In this document: positions 48,507 through 57,018 of the stretch, piece by piece
Position numbering within the stretch: the stretch's first letter is position 1
Layout of the letters: every line of letters starts with the position of its first letter
Source of the DNA: Thermodesulfobacteriota bacterium
Lineage (GTDB): Bacteria; Desulfobacterota; Desulfobacteria; Desulfobacterales; C00003060
DNA: 64,000 nucleotides
Assembly: GCA_034189385.1 (NCBI GenBank)
Contig: JAXHVD010000019.1
Coordinates: 26,181 to 90,180, forward strand
Reading direction: 5' to 3'
Translations under genes and position numbers: made by a program
The notes under the pieces: generated by a model
Databases searched by the model: none
What the model was told of the DNA's origin: nothing
What the model saw: the letters and a program-made list of their open reading frames with translations, nothing else

Positions 48507-49325
48507 ATGAGATCAAAAATGGTTTGGATCTTTGGACTAACGGCCGCCCTGTGTCTCACAGCAAGCGGCGCTTTTGGCGGAAACCTGGTGATTAAGGGCT
48601 CAACCACGGTGCTTCCTGTGGCCCAGAAAGTGGCAGAAGTTTACATGAAGCAGCACCCTGACGTGAAGATTTCCATTTCGGGGGGTGGATCGGGCAATGG
48701 AATCAAGGCCTTGATCGACGGATCTACTGACATTGCAGACAGTTCCAGGTTCATTAAGGACAAGGAAGTGAAACTTGCCGTGGAAAAGGGTCGGTATCCT
48801 GTGCCCTTTTCCGTGGCCTATGATTGTATCGTGCCAGTCGTGCACCCGAGCAACACTGTAGCCGACCTTACCATGGCCCAGCTAAAAGCCATCTATAAGG
48901 GAGAAGTCAAGAACTGGCAGGAACTAGGCGGTCCCGATAGGCCCGTTGTGGTCATCTCTCGCGATACGTCATCAGGGACCTATGAGGTGTGGGAAAAGAA
49001 GGTCATGAAAAAAGAAAGGGTCTTCCCAGGGGCTCTCCTTCAGGCCTCAAATGGAGCCGTGGTTCAGGCCGTTTCAAAGAACAAGAATGCCATGGGGTAC
49101 ATCGGAATCGGCTATATGGACCAGAGCGTCAAGGCTTTGACTGTAGACGGAATCCAGGGATCTGAGGAAACGACCCTAAACGGAACCTATCCCATCAGCA
49201 GGCCTCTTTATATGTTCACAAGTGGTTGGCCAAAGGGGGACACCCTCAAATTCATCAACTTTGTCTTGCACCCGGAAAAGGGTCAAAAACACGTGAGCCA
49301 GGCAGGATATGTGCCTCTCTATTAG
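48507..49325 (+). CDS. pstS: Phosphate ABC transporter substrate-binding protein
   Basis: Signal peptide; KGSTTV, GGGSGNG, SRDTSSGT, YPISRPLY. Confidence 0.96.
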   Translation: MRSKMVWIFGLTAALCLTASGAFGGNLVIKGSTTVLPVAQKVAEVYMKQHPDVKISISGGGSGNGIKALIDGSTDIADSSRFIKDKEVKLAVEKGRYPVPFSVAYDCIVPVVHPSNTVADLTMAQLKAIYKGEVKNWQELGGPDRPVVVISRDTSSGTYEVWEKKVMKKERVFPGALLQASNGAVVQAVSKNKNAMGYIGIGYMDQSVKALTVDGIQGSEETTLNGTYPISRPLYMFTSGWPKGDTLKFINFVLHPEKGQKHVSQAGYVPLY

Positions 49326-49336
49326 GGCAATTGGAT

Positions 49337-49371
49337 GGCGCCTCTGTTTGGCTGAGCTGTTAAGAGGCGCC
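49337..49371 (+). terminator. Hairpin after pstS (terminator or mRNA stabiliser)
   Basis: GGCGCCTCT...AGAGGCGCC inverted repeat 11 nt after the stop; no clear U-tract. Confidence 0.4.
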
Positions 49372-49403
49372 TCCACCTGCTCTTTTGGATCCTCAGGTCC
49401 ATC

Positions 49404-49546
49404 TTGAACCGATTAAGCGAGCGCATTCCCCGTAGGTTCCGCCTGACGGCAGTGCTTCGCGGGCTGCGGGGTTAGCGAGCGTATATAAAATGAGACATAT
49501 TCCTTACGGTCGAAGATTCCCTGCAGCTTGCTGCAGGGTCTTCAAT
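49404..49546 (+). mobile_element. Non-autonomous IS200/IS605-like hairpin element between pstS and pstC
   Basis: TTGAACCGATTAAGCGAGCGCATTCCCCG...CGGGGTTAGCGAGCGTATA...GAAGATTCCCTGCAGCTTGCTGCAGGG..TTCAAT, homologous to 53493-53613. Confidence 0.85.
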
Positions 49547-49649
49547 GAGACCAGGCATACCTTTTCACTGGAAGCATCCTGATCTGTGAGCAGTACTTCG
49601 AATCCGAATTGGCAGAGGGTGGGAAGCCCAAAGAGGTAACACAAACGTT

Positions 49650-50543
49650 ATGGCAACAGCAAGACGAAGAAAAGAACAGGGCATCCGGGTCTTTTTTTTG
49701 GGGGTTGCCCTGGCTTCAATAACAACCCTGGGGCTTATTGTTCTTTTTCTCTTCATGGAAGGGCTTCCTATCTTCAGAGAAGTCTCCCTCCAAGATTTTC
49801 TGTTCGGCCGTTACTGGTATCCCACTGATGATCCAGGCGAATTTGGAATATTCGCCCTTATTGTGGCCTCTGTTGCCGTAACACTCGTGTCATCGGCCAT
49901 TTCCATCCCTCTGGGAGTGATGACTGCCCTCTACCTTGCGGAGATCGCTTCTTCTAGACTCAGAGAATGGATAAAGCCAATCGTGGAATTGCTGGCGGCA
50001 CTCCCTTCTGTGGTCATCGGGTTTTTCGGAATGGTTATTGTCGCCCCCTTTCTTCAAGAGATTCTCGACGTCGCCACGGGCTTGAACCTTTTCAATGCGT
50101 CATTGATGCTGGCCTTCATGTCCATTCCGACTATTTGCAGTATTTCAGAAGACGCTATTTTCAGTGTGCCTGCGGAACTCAAAGAGGCGTCTCTGGCCCT
50201 GGGGGCTACGCACTGGGAAACCATCGCGCGGGTGATCATCCCAGCATCCCTTTCCGGAATTTGCACAGCCGTCATTCTGGGTATGTCCAGGGCTATCGGC
50301 GAGACTATGGTAGTACTGATGGTGGCAGGAGGGGCTGCCATGGTGCCCTCCTCCCTATTTGATCCTGTAAGACCCATGCCTGCCAGCATAGCGGCAGAAA
50401 TGGCAGAGGCCCCGTTCCGGGGTGATCACTATCACGCCCTTTTTGCCACAGGCATCGTGTTATTTGTCTTCACCCTGCTGTTTAACCTGGTGGCTGATCA
50501 TATCTCCAGTAAGTACAGACAGGTAGGAGCCGCAACACTTTGA
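49650..50543 (+). CDS. pstC: Phosphate ABC transporter permease
   Basis: ELLAALPSVVIGFFG, EASLALGATHWET, RAIGETM. Confidence 0.96.
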   Translation: MATARRRKEQGIRVFFLGVALASITTLGLIVLFLFMEGLPIFREVSLQDFLFGRYWYPTDDPGEFGIFALIVASVAVTLVSSAISIPLGVMTALYLAEIASSRLREWIKPIVELLAALPSVVIGFFGMVIVAPFLQEILDVATGLNLFNASLMLAFMSIPTICSISEDAIFSVPAELKEASLALGATHWETIARVIIPASLSGICTAVILGMSRAIGETMVVLMVAGGAAMVPSSLFDPVRPMPASIAAEMAEAPFRGDHYHALFATGIVLFVFTLLFNLVADHISSKYRQVGAATL

Positions 50544-50556
50544 GAAGGCTCCAAAT

Positions 50557-51504
50557 ATGAAAAAAGATGGAACAAACAAGAATACAGGACTAAGGCGTGG
50601 GTTGGTCCTCTCGCAAGGAAACGTGGCTGTGGACGTAGACAGATCAACAGAGTTGCTCGGTCGTCGAAAACTGTTTCAGAGTGTTACTTTCTGGCTCTTT
50701 CGGCTTTCGGCTGCGGTGAACGGCATCGCGCTCCTTGTTGTGGTCTTCTTTCTTATCACCAAAGGCTGGAGGGCTATCAACTGGACCTTTCTCACCCAGC
50801 CGCCCATGGACTCCATGACCAAGGGGGGCATCCTTCCCTGCATCGTGGGGACGGCCTGCCTTAGCATTGGAGCCCTTGTGGTGGCCTTTCCCATTGGCGT
50901 AGCCTCTGCCATCTATCTTCACGAATACGCCCGCCCTGGCAGGGTGCTGCGCGTCATCCGCCTTGGGATCAACAACCTGGCCGGTGTGCCCTCTGTGGTC
51001 TTTGGCCTCTTCGGCTTGGCCTTCTTTGTAGTGTGGTTAGACATGGGTGTGAGCATACTGGCCGGATCATTGACTTTGGGAGCACTTACCTTGCCCGTAA
51101 TCATTGGCGCCTCAGAGGAAGCCTTAAGGTCGGTTCCAGACACGTACCGGGAGGCATCTCTCGGACTCGGCGCCACCAAATGGCAGACCATTTACAGGGT
51201 AGTGCTGCCAGCCGCTTTGCCGGGCATTCTCACAGGTGCCATCCTCGGCATCGGTCGGGCGGCGGGGGAAACGGCGCCCATTATGTTCACGGCGGCCGTG
51301 TTTTACACCCCCTCGTTACCATCATCCCTGTTTGACGAGATCATGGCCCTTCCTTACCACATATACGTCCTGGCAACGGCCGGCACAGAGATCGAGGCCA
51401 CCCGTCATCTCCAATACGGCACGGCTCTGGTGTTAATTGTCCTTGTGTTGGGGTTGAACCTCTTTGCCATTATCTACCGGGCCCGGCTCCGGAAACGGAT
51501 GTGA
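50557..51504 (+). CDS. pstA: Phosphate ABC transporter permease
   Basis: NLAGVPSVVFGLFG, REASLGLGATKWQT, RAAGETAP; start uncertain. Confidence 0.95.
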   Translation: MKKDGTNKNTGLRRGLVLSQGNVAVDVDRSTELLGRRKLFQSVTFWLFRLSAAVNGIALLVVVFFLITKGWRAINWTFLTQPPMDSMTKGGILPCIVGTACLSIGALVVAFPIGVASAIYLHEYARPGRVLRVIRLGINNLAGVPSVVFGLFGLAFFVVWLDMGVSILAGSLTLGALTLPVIIGASEEALRSVPDTYREASLGLGATKWQTIYRVVLPAALPGILTGAILGIGRAAGETAPIMFTAAVFYTPSLPSSLFDEIMALPYHIYVLATAGTEIEATRHLQYGTALVLIVLVLGLNLFAIIYRARLRKRM

Positions 51505-51582
51505 TTCAGTGGGCAAGATGATATTATACACCTTGGGGCCTGTTCCTGGCCCAAGGGCTGAAGGAGACTCGACGCACCGATA

Positions 51583-52344
51583 ATGAACAAAGTCCCAAAG
51601 ATGAGAATAAAGGATCTGGATTTCTTTTATGGTGACTTCCACTGTCTCCACGAAGTATGCTTGAAATTTGATGCCAATCAGGTGACAGCCCTCATCGGCC
51701 CCTCAGGTTGCGGCAAGAGCACTCTTTTGCGTTGCCTGAACCGGATGAATGATCTGATCTCCACAAGCCGCGTCCAAGGGGAGATCCTCCTGGATGATCA
51801 GAATATCTATGGGCCTGATGTGGATGTGGTGACCCTTCGGCGGCACATTGGGATGGTTTTTCAAAAGCCCAATCCCTTTCCAAAAAGTATTTTTGAAAAC
51901 GTAGCTTACGGCCTGAGAGTAAACGGAGTAAAAGACAAATCGTACATTCAGGAACGGGTGGAAAAGAGCCTCCAAGAAGCGGCTTTGTGGGATGAGGTCA
52001 AAGATAGGATCCATGAATCAGCCTTGGGTCTGTCAGGGGGGCAGCAACAGCGTCTTTGCATTGCACGGGCCATGGCTGTGGAGCCCGCAGTCCTGCTCAT
52101 GGATGAACCGGCATCAGCCCTGGACCCCATTGCCACCCAGAAGATCGAGGAGTTGATCCACAAACTGAAAGAGACCTATACCATTGTCATCGTTACCCAC
52201 AACATGCAGCAGGCAGCCAGGGTTTCTGATGTGACGGCCTTTTTTTACTTAGGAGAGCTTATTGAGGTGGATCAGACGAAAAAGATCTTCACCCGCCCCA
52301 GTTCCCAGAAAACGTCCGACTATATTACTGGTCGGTTCGGATAG
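51583..52344 (+). CDS. pstB: Phosphate ABC transporter ATPase
   Basis: [48 protein letters not shown]. Confidence 0.98.
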   Translation: MNKVPKMRIKDLDFFYGDFHCLHEVCLKFDANQVTALIGPSGCGKSTLLRCLNRMNDLISTSRVQGEILLDDQNIYGPDVDVVTLRRHIGMVFQKPNPFPKSIFENVAYGLRVNGVKDKSYIQERVEKSLQEAALWDEVKDRIHESALGLSGGQQQRLCIARAMAVEPAVLLMDEPASALDPIATQKIEELIHKLKETYTIVIVTHNMQQAARVSDVTAFFYLGELIEVDQTKKIFTRPSSQKTSDYITGRFG

Positions 52345-52371
52345 AATTGGACAATAGGAAGGAAAAACGGC

Positions 52372-53043
52372 ATGGCCGAAAAGCGCCTCCAAAGAGAGTT
52401 GGACAACCTCAAGAAGATGATCCTTTCCCTTGGGGCCATGGTCGAAGAGCGTGTTCGTATGGCCGTTAAAGCCATCGAGACCAGAGATGCGGACCTTGCT
52501 GCTGAGATCATTCGAAGGGACTATGAAATAGACGAGAATGAAGTGGAGGTGGAAGAAGAGTGCCTGAAGATTCTGGCCCTCCATCAACCTGTTGCAGGGG
52601 ACTTACGATTCATTACTGCTGTGATAAAGATCAACAACGACCTGGAAAGGGTGGCTGATGAGGCCAGTAACATCGCAACATGTGTCCAGCATATTGCCGG
52701 CAGGGAAAAGGTGGCCGTCCCTTTTGACTATAATGCCATGGCACAAAAGGCAGAATTCATGGTCAAAACGAGCCTAGATGCCCTCGTAAACCTAGACCAG
52801 GATCTGGCCTTCCGGGTGCTCACATTAGACGATGAGGTGGATCAGATACATAGTGAGATCCACGGGCATATCAGGGTTGCCATTGTTGAGCAGCCCGCTC
52901 GTGCCCGCTATCTGATCAACCTTCTTTTCATTTCCCGCTATCTTGAGCGGATAGCCGATCACGCCACCAACCTCGCCGAAGAAGTAATCTACATGATAGA
53001 AGGAGAGATCGTGAGGCATGGTAAATGGGCCCTGGAAGTCTAG
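52372..53043 (+). CDS. phoU: Phosphate signalling protein PhoU
   Basis: ALHQPVAGDLR, DLERVAD, DDEVD, LERIADHATNLAEEVIY. Confidence 0.97.
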   Translation: MAEKRLQRELDNLKKMILSLGAMVEERVRMAVKAIETRDADLAAEIIRRDYEIDENEVEVEEECLKILALHQPVAGDLRFITAVIKINNDLERVADEASNIATCVQHIAGREKVAVPFDYNAMAQKAEFMVKTSLDALVNLDQDLAFRVLTLDDEVDQIHSEIHGHIRVAIVEQPARARYLINLLFISRYLERIADHATNLAEEVIYMIEGEIVRHGKWALEV

Positions 53044-53271
53044 AAGCCGCCAGACCAGTAGCCCGCCAACCTCGCCTGCGTTCTTGCGCCTCAAGCCGGG
53101 CATCCATCCACAAGCAGAATCCCTTTGACGCACTCTGTCAAAGTCTCCTTGGTCGGACGTGAGTGGGTGACCGGCCCCGGGCAATCTCCTATTTCTGGCT
53201 GGGCACCATCTGACACGATTCTATGGCCCAGGGGCGCCTATAACAACTCCAGCCCAAAAACGGCGCCAGTC

Positions 53272-53310
53272 CTAACCAAAATCTAACAGTATCATCATCG
53301 CCCTTTAACA
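53272..53310 (+). promoter_or_regulatory. Pho-box-like array upstream of the porin gene
   Basis: CTAACC/CTAACA/ATCATC/TTAACA at 53272/83/94/305; a further TTAACA at 53325. Confidence 0.6.
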
Positions 53311-53333
53311 ATTCTGTTTTTATCTTAACAATC

Positions 53334-53475
53334 TTGATGAAGGAGAAGCTGGGCACGGGGTGGCTCTCTTTAAGTCGTACGGCGCAATCTTAGCGCTACC
53401 TTGCAATTTCAGCCAGTTAAAAAACCCGTGCCCCCAGATTTCCACCGGAGAGACGACCTTTTTGTGATTTCATCA
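53334..53475. repeat. Degenerate inverted-repeat element
   Basis: CTGGGCACGGG ... CCCGTGCCCCCAG arms, and outer TGATGAA ... TTCATCA ends. Confidence 0.4.
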
Positions 53476-53492
53476 CACTTTTGTGTCAACAC

Positions 53493-53613
53493 ATTGAACC
53501 GAATAAGCGAGCGCATTCCCCGCTGCTTGCGGCGGGGTTAGCGAGCGTATAGTTAAAATGACAACATCCTTGCGGTGAAGATTCCCCGTGGGTTGCCGCG
53601 GGGAGGGTTCAAT
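53493..53613 (+). mobile_element. Non-autonomous IS200/IS605-like two-hairpin element (cleanest copy)
   Basis: ATTGAACC...CCCCGCTGCTTGCGGCGGGG...CCCCGTGGGTTGCCGCGGGG.AGGGTTCAAT; the first hairpin is identical to 63899-63918. Confidence 0.88.
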
Positions 53614-53735
53614 GAACTGCAAAACAGGTCTGAACACAAGACCGGATACTATTTAAAAGGGGGTGAGCGTTTTAGGCCAAGGGAACACGTAACTTATGCA
53701 TAGCAAGAATATTATGAAGGAGGAAAGTATAGCGC

Positions 53736-55037
53736 ATGAAAAAAATGACATGTATCGGATTCATGGTGACGATCTTGTTGGTCGGCCTGGGATACGGTCC
53801 TTCCTATGCCAGAGCGGGCTCCCAGCAGGGCCCTCTGATTGACAAGCTGATTGAAAAGGGCCTCATTACTGAAGAGGAGGGGAGGGCGATAAGGAAGGAA
53901 ACAGAGTTTTTAGAAGAGCACGATCGGGAAAAAGGGGATCAACACCTGATCTTGCCAAAGGGCCTGAAAGGTGTGAGCGTGGGGATGCTCGCCTACATAG
54001 ACTATTCGTCCGGCGTTGAACCAGAGCACGGTGGTGACGAGTCCAGCTATAATGAGTTCAGGCTCACCCGGGGCTACTTCACCGTCAAGAAGAAGCTTTT
54101 CCCCTGGATGCACACTCGGGTCACTATTGATACCCATCAGGACGAAACCGGCGATTACAAGAATCGCCTCAAGTACCTCTACGCGGAATTGAGGCCACCC
54201 GATCTTGGATTTCTCACCAACATGAAATCTGAAATCGGTCTGGGGCATATCCCCTGGCTGGACTTTGAAGAACACATTAACCCCTATCGCTGCCAGGGGA
54301 CCATGGCCATTGAGCGCGCTGGGACCTTCAATTCCGCCGACACTGGAGTGAGTCTTCGCGGTTATCTTGGTGGAAAGCTAAAAGATGCAGAGGAGAAGAC
54401 GGGAAGTCACTATTATGACGGCCGTTACGGAAGCTGGCACCTTGGCGTCTACAATGGATCAGGGTACCACGCAAGCGAAGATAACAATAATAAGGCGCTG
54501 GAGGGCAGGCTTACGGTCCGTCCCCTGCCCGAGGCCGTACCCGGTCTGCAATTGAGCTATTTCGGCATCTGTGGCGAAGGCAACAAAGAGGCTTCTGACG
54601 GAGACTATCCAGACTACAACGTGAACCTGGGCATGGTAAGTTACGAGCATCCCAGGGTGACGCTCACAGCCCAGTATTTTCAGACCGAGGGCAATGCCAA
54701 GGGAAAATGGGTGGATGCAACAGGAGATGCCCTGGATACAGCAGGATACTCCTTCTTCGGCAAGGTCAAGCTGCCTGTGATGGATGAGAAGCTTTCATTA
54801 TTTGCCCGGTACGACCATTTTGATCAAGACGATGACGACCGGATCGCCGACGACACAGCCTACGACATGTTCATGAGCGGTCTGGCCTGGGACGTCTACA
54901 AGGGCAATCTACTCATGCTGGTTTACGAGACTACGGACTATGAAGACAATGCAGGCAAGAAGACAAAGGCCCCGGAAGTAGATAGTGACCTTGGAGATGA
55001 CCATAGAATACAGGCCGTTTGGCAGATCAAATTCTAA
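53736..55037 (+). CDS. Outer-membrane beta-barrel porin, probably phosphate-related
   Basis: Signal peptide, LIDKLIEKGLITEEE periplasmic leader, alternating beta strands, C-terminal WQIKF; directly downstream of pst-phoU. Confidence 0.75.
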   Translation: MKKMTCIGFMVTILLVGLGYGPSYARAGSQQGPLIDKLIEKGLITEEEGRAIRKETEFLEEHDREKGDQHLILPKGLKGVSVGMLAYIDYSSGVEPEHGGDESSYNEFRLTRGYFTVKKKLFPWMHTRVTIDTHQDETGDYKNRLKYLYAELRPPDLGFLTNMKSEIGLGHIPWLDFEEHINPYRCQGTMAIERAGTFNSADTGVSLRGYLGGKLKDAEEKTGSHYYDGRYGSWHLGVYNGSGYHASEDNNNKALEGRLTVRPLPEAVPGLQLSYFGICGEGNKEASDGDYPDYNVNLGMVSYEHPRVTLTAQYFQTEGNAKGKWVDATGDALDTAGYSFFGKVKLPVMDEKLSLFARYDHFDQDDDDRIADDTAYDMFMSGLAWDVYKGNLLMLVYETTDYEDNAGKKTKAPEVDSDLGDDHRIQAVWQIKF

Positions 55038-55120
55038 TGATACCTTGGAAACTGCCTTGTAAGACATCCTTGAGCATTCTGCTCATGGCAGATGGATGCT
55101 AGAGGAGATTGGTCCACCTT

Positions 55121-55151
55121 GGCGGGGCTGTTTAAAACAGCCCCGCCTTTT
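55121..55151. terminator. Intrinsic terminator between convergent genes
   Basis: GGCGGGGCTGTT-TAA-AACAGCCCCGCC followed by TTTT. Confidence 0.8.
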
Positions 55152-55223
55152 CATATTGAGACGCTCTATCTGGTCATGCTGTCCGTTCCTCCCTCTTCTG
55201 CCAACATCCTGTCAAAGGGGTCT

Positions 55224-55658
55224 TTATGGTTCTTTGGGTTCGGGGCAGGCTGCCAGGGCAGCCTGAAGGGTTTCAGCGGCCAGAAAGGCACAGTGGATGT
55301 CATCTTCAGGAAGGCCTCCAAGGACCTCTAGGATCGTCTCGCCGGTCACGTCTGACAACGCTTCGGTTTTCTTCTTTAGGGCCAGTTCACAGGCCACCGA
55401 AGCGCATACCGAGCTGCAACCGCAGCCGTCGGTCACGTATGAGGCATCTGAAACAACGCCATCCTCGAGGCACAAAAAGATCTGCATCGTATCACCACAG
55501 CTTCCTGTGATGCAGCCGTGTCCCGTAGGGCTCTCCATAGGTCCCATGAACCTTGGACGACGCCATCGCTCATAGACCTCTTTTCCATAGGTCTCAACAA
55601 CATCTTGGTTGATCTCATCCTGCAAGCGATCGGCAAAGTCATCAAGAGAATTGGACAT
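55224..55658 (-). CDS. NifU_N/IscU-like Fe-S scaffold protein
   Basis: GSCGDTM, DGCGCSSVCAS, GGLPEDDIHCAFLA; GAGGGAGG RBS. Confidence 0.9.
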   Translation of the reverse strand: MSNSLDDFADRLQDEINQDVVETYGKEVYERWRRPRFMGPMESPTGHGCITGSCGDTMQIFLCLEDGVVSDASYVTDGCGCSSVCASVACELALKKKTEALSDVTGETILEVLGGLPEDDIHCAFLAAETLQAALAACPEPKEP

Positions 55659-55888
55659 CTGTTTTAAGCCTCCCTCAAAAGATCTACTCTATCGTAAAGG
55701 GAAATCCCCTGTTGCGACATTACAGGACAAGCTCCCTGCTGTCTATCCATAAATCGCTCTTTTCCCCATGAGCACCGTCGTCCACGGATTCTTGGCCCTG
55801 ACCCGCCGGTAGGCCAGCCAAATGGGACTCAGCGTTCCCGCAGTCCACTTATCCCTGGCACAGTCTCTCCACTGGCGTTACAATTCCC

Positions 55889-55955
55889 GTCATGCCGGAC
55901 TTTGATCCGGCATCCAGCTCCTTTTCTGGAGTCCCCGGTCAAAGCGGGAAATGTC
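55889..55955. repeat. REP/REPIN-like palindromic pair
   Basis: GTCATGCCGGACTTTGATCCGGCATCCAG followed by a degenerate inverse CTGGAGTCCCCGGTCAAAGCGGGAAATGTC. Confidence 0.6.
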
Positions 55956-56173
55956 CACCTCCGGCCTATTTTTGTCACGTTCATATTGTTTGTCAATGAA
56001 TGGGAGACACAACGCTAGATCATCGGGATGACCATTATTTGCGACGCAAGGAGGAATATGCCCGGTCCGTTGACATCCTGTTAGGGATCATGTAGTGTCT
56101 TCATTCACAACTGAGGGTGCGGCACGAAGAACCATGGTAACGTGCCACCACAGACACATGGGGAAGGAGTAGC

Positions 56174-56524
56174 GTGACAATCGGAGCAGAATCGCCAAAG
56201 GAGGAAAGACGAAGCCCGCGGATAGACTTCCGTTTGGAGGTTACGATAAGGGGGCGCCATGGGTTGGAAACAGTAAAGAACTTCAGTCTCTATGGCGTCT
56301 TTGTTCACACTGAAAACCCTTCACAGTTTGAAGTTGGGGACGAAGTTCAGCTGACCATGAAATTTCCTTCTGAGAAGAAGCCCTTAGAGCTTAAGGCCCG
56401 GGTTATCCATATTTCTGAGAAGGGAATCGGGGTTGAGTTCTTGGATTTGCCGCCTAAGGATGCCATGACCATTGAGTATTCCTTTAATGTCTTTAAACAT
56501 ACCGTCCCCCTCCCAGGTAACTAA
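56174..56524 (+). CDS. Single-domain PilZ protein
   Basis: ERRSPR and NFSLYG motifs, GIGVEF; AGGAG RBS. Confidence 0.88.
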   Translation: MTIGAESPKEERRSPRIDFRLEVTIRGRHGLETVKNFSLYGVFVHTENPSQFEVGDEVQLTMKFPSEKKPLELKARVIHISEKGIGVEFLDLPPKDAMTIEYSFNVFKHTVPLPGN

Positions 56525-56728
56525 GAAGCTGCCACACCCTGGGTCATGACCACCCCTGTCACCGAAGGAGCCAGTCCGTTGCTCGACTCGGCCTCCGTCG
56601 TGGTCTGTGTCAGTTTCCTCTTCCCTTCCATTGAAAGAATGGTACCGGCATTTATTCGCCACGTGTTGTTGGCCGCTCGGCACTCTCGGTTCCCCACCGA
56701 TTACAGATAGAAAAAGAGGAGATCGCCC

Positions 56729-56950
56729 ATGTCTAAATCTCAAGACACGATTGTTGTCCGTGCAAACGTGGAAATGACCAGCGCCGCTCTTCAGGCCATC
56801 GTGCAAAATGCTAAGCAAGTTGCAGGCCCCGATGAAAGGGGGGTCTATCGGCTTGACACAGCCGATGCGGTTTCTGAAATGATTTCCCGTTTCTTGCTGG
56901 AAAATGGTTTTGAGGCTTTTGTTAAGGATATAGACAATTACAAACGCTGA
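56729..56950 (+). CDS. Small hypothetical protein
   Basis: GAGGAG RBS, 73-aa ORF co-oriented with the helicase; no family recognised with confidence. Confidence 0.75.
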   Translation: MSKSQDTIVVRANVEMTSAALQAIVQNAKQVAGPDERGVYRLDTADAVSEMISRFLLENGFEAFVKDIDNYKR

Positions 56951-57018
56951 GGACGGACTTTTCAATGACAGAAGCCGACTGGTAGGCCCCTTTTGGAGAT
57001 GTCTCACGGTCTGAGCCC

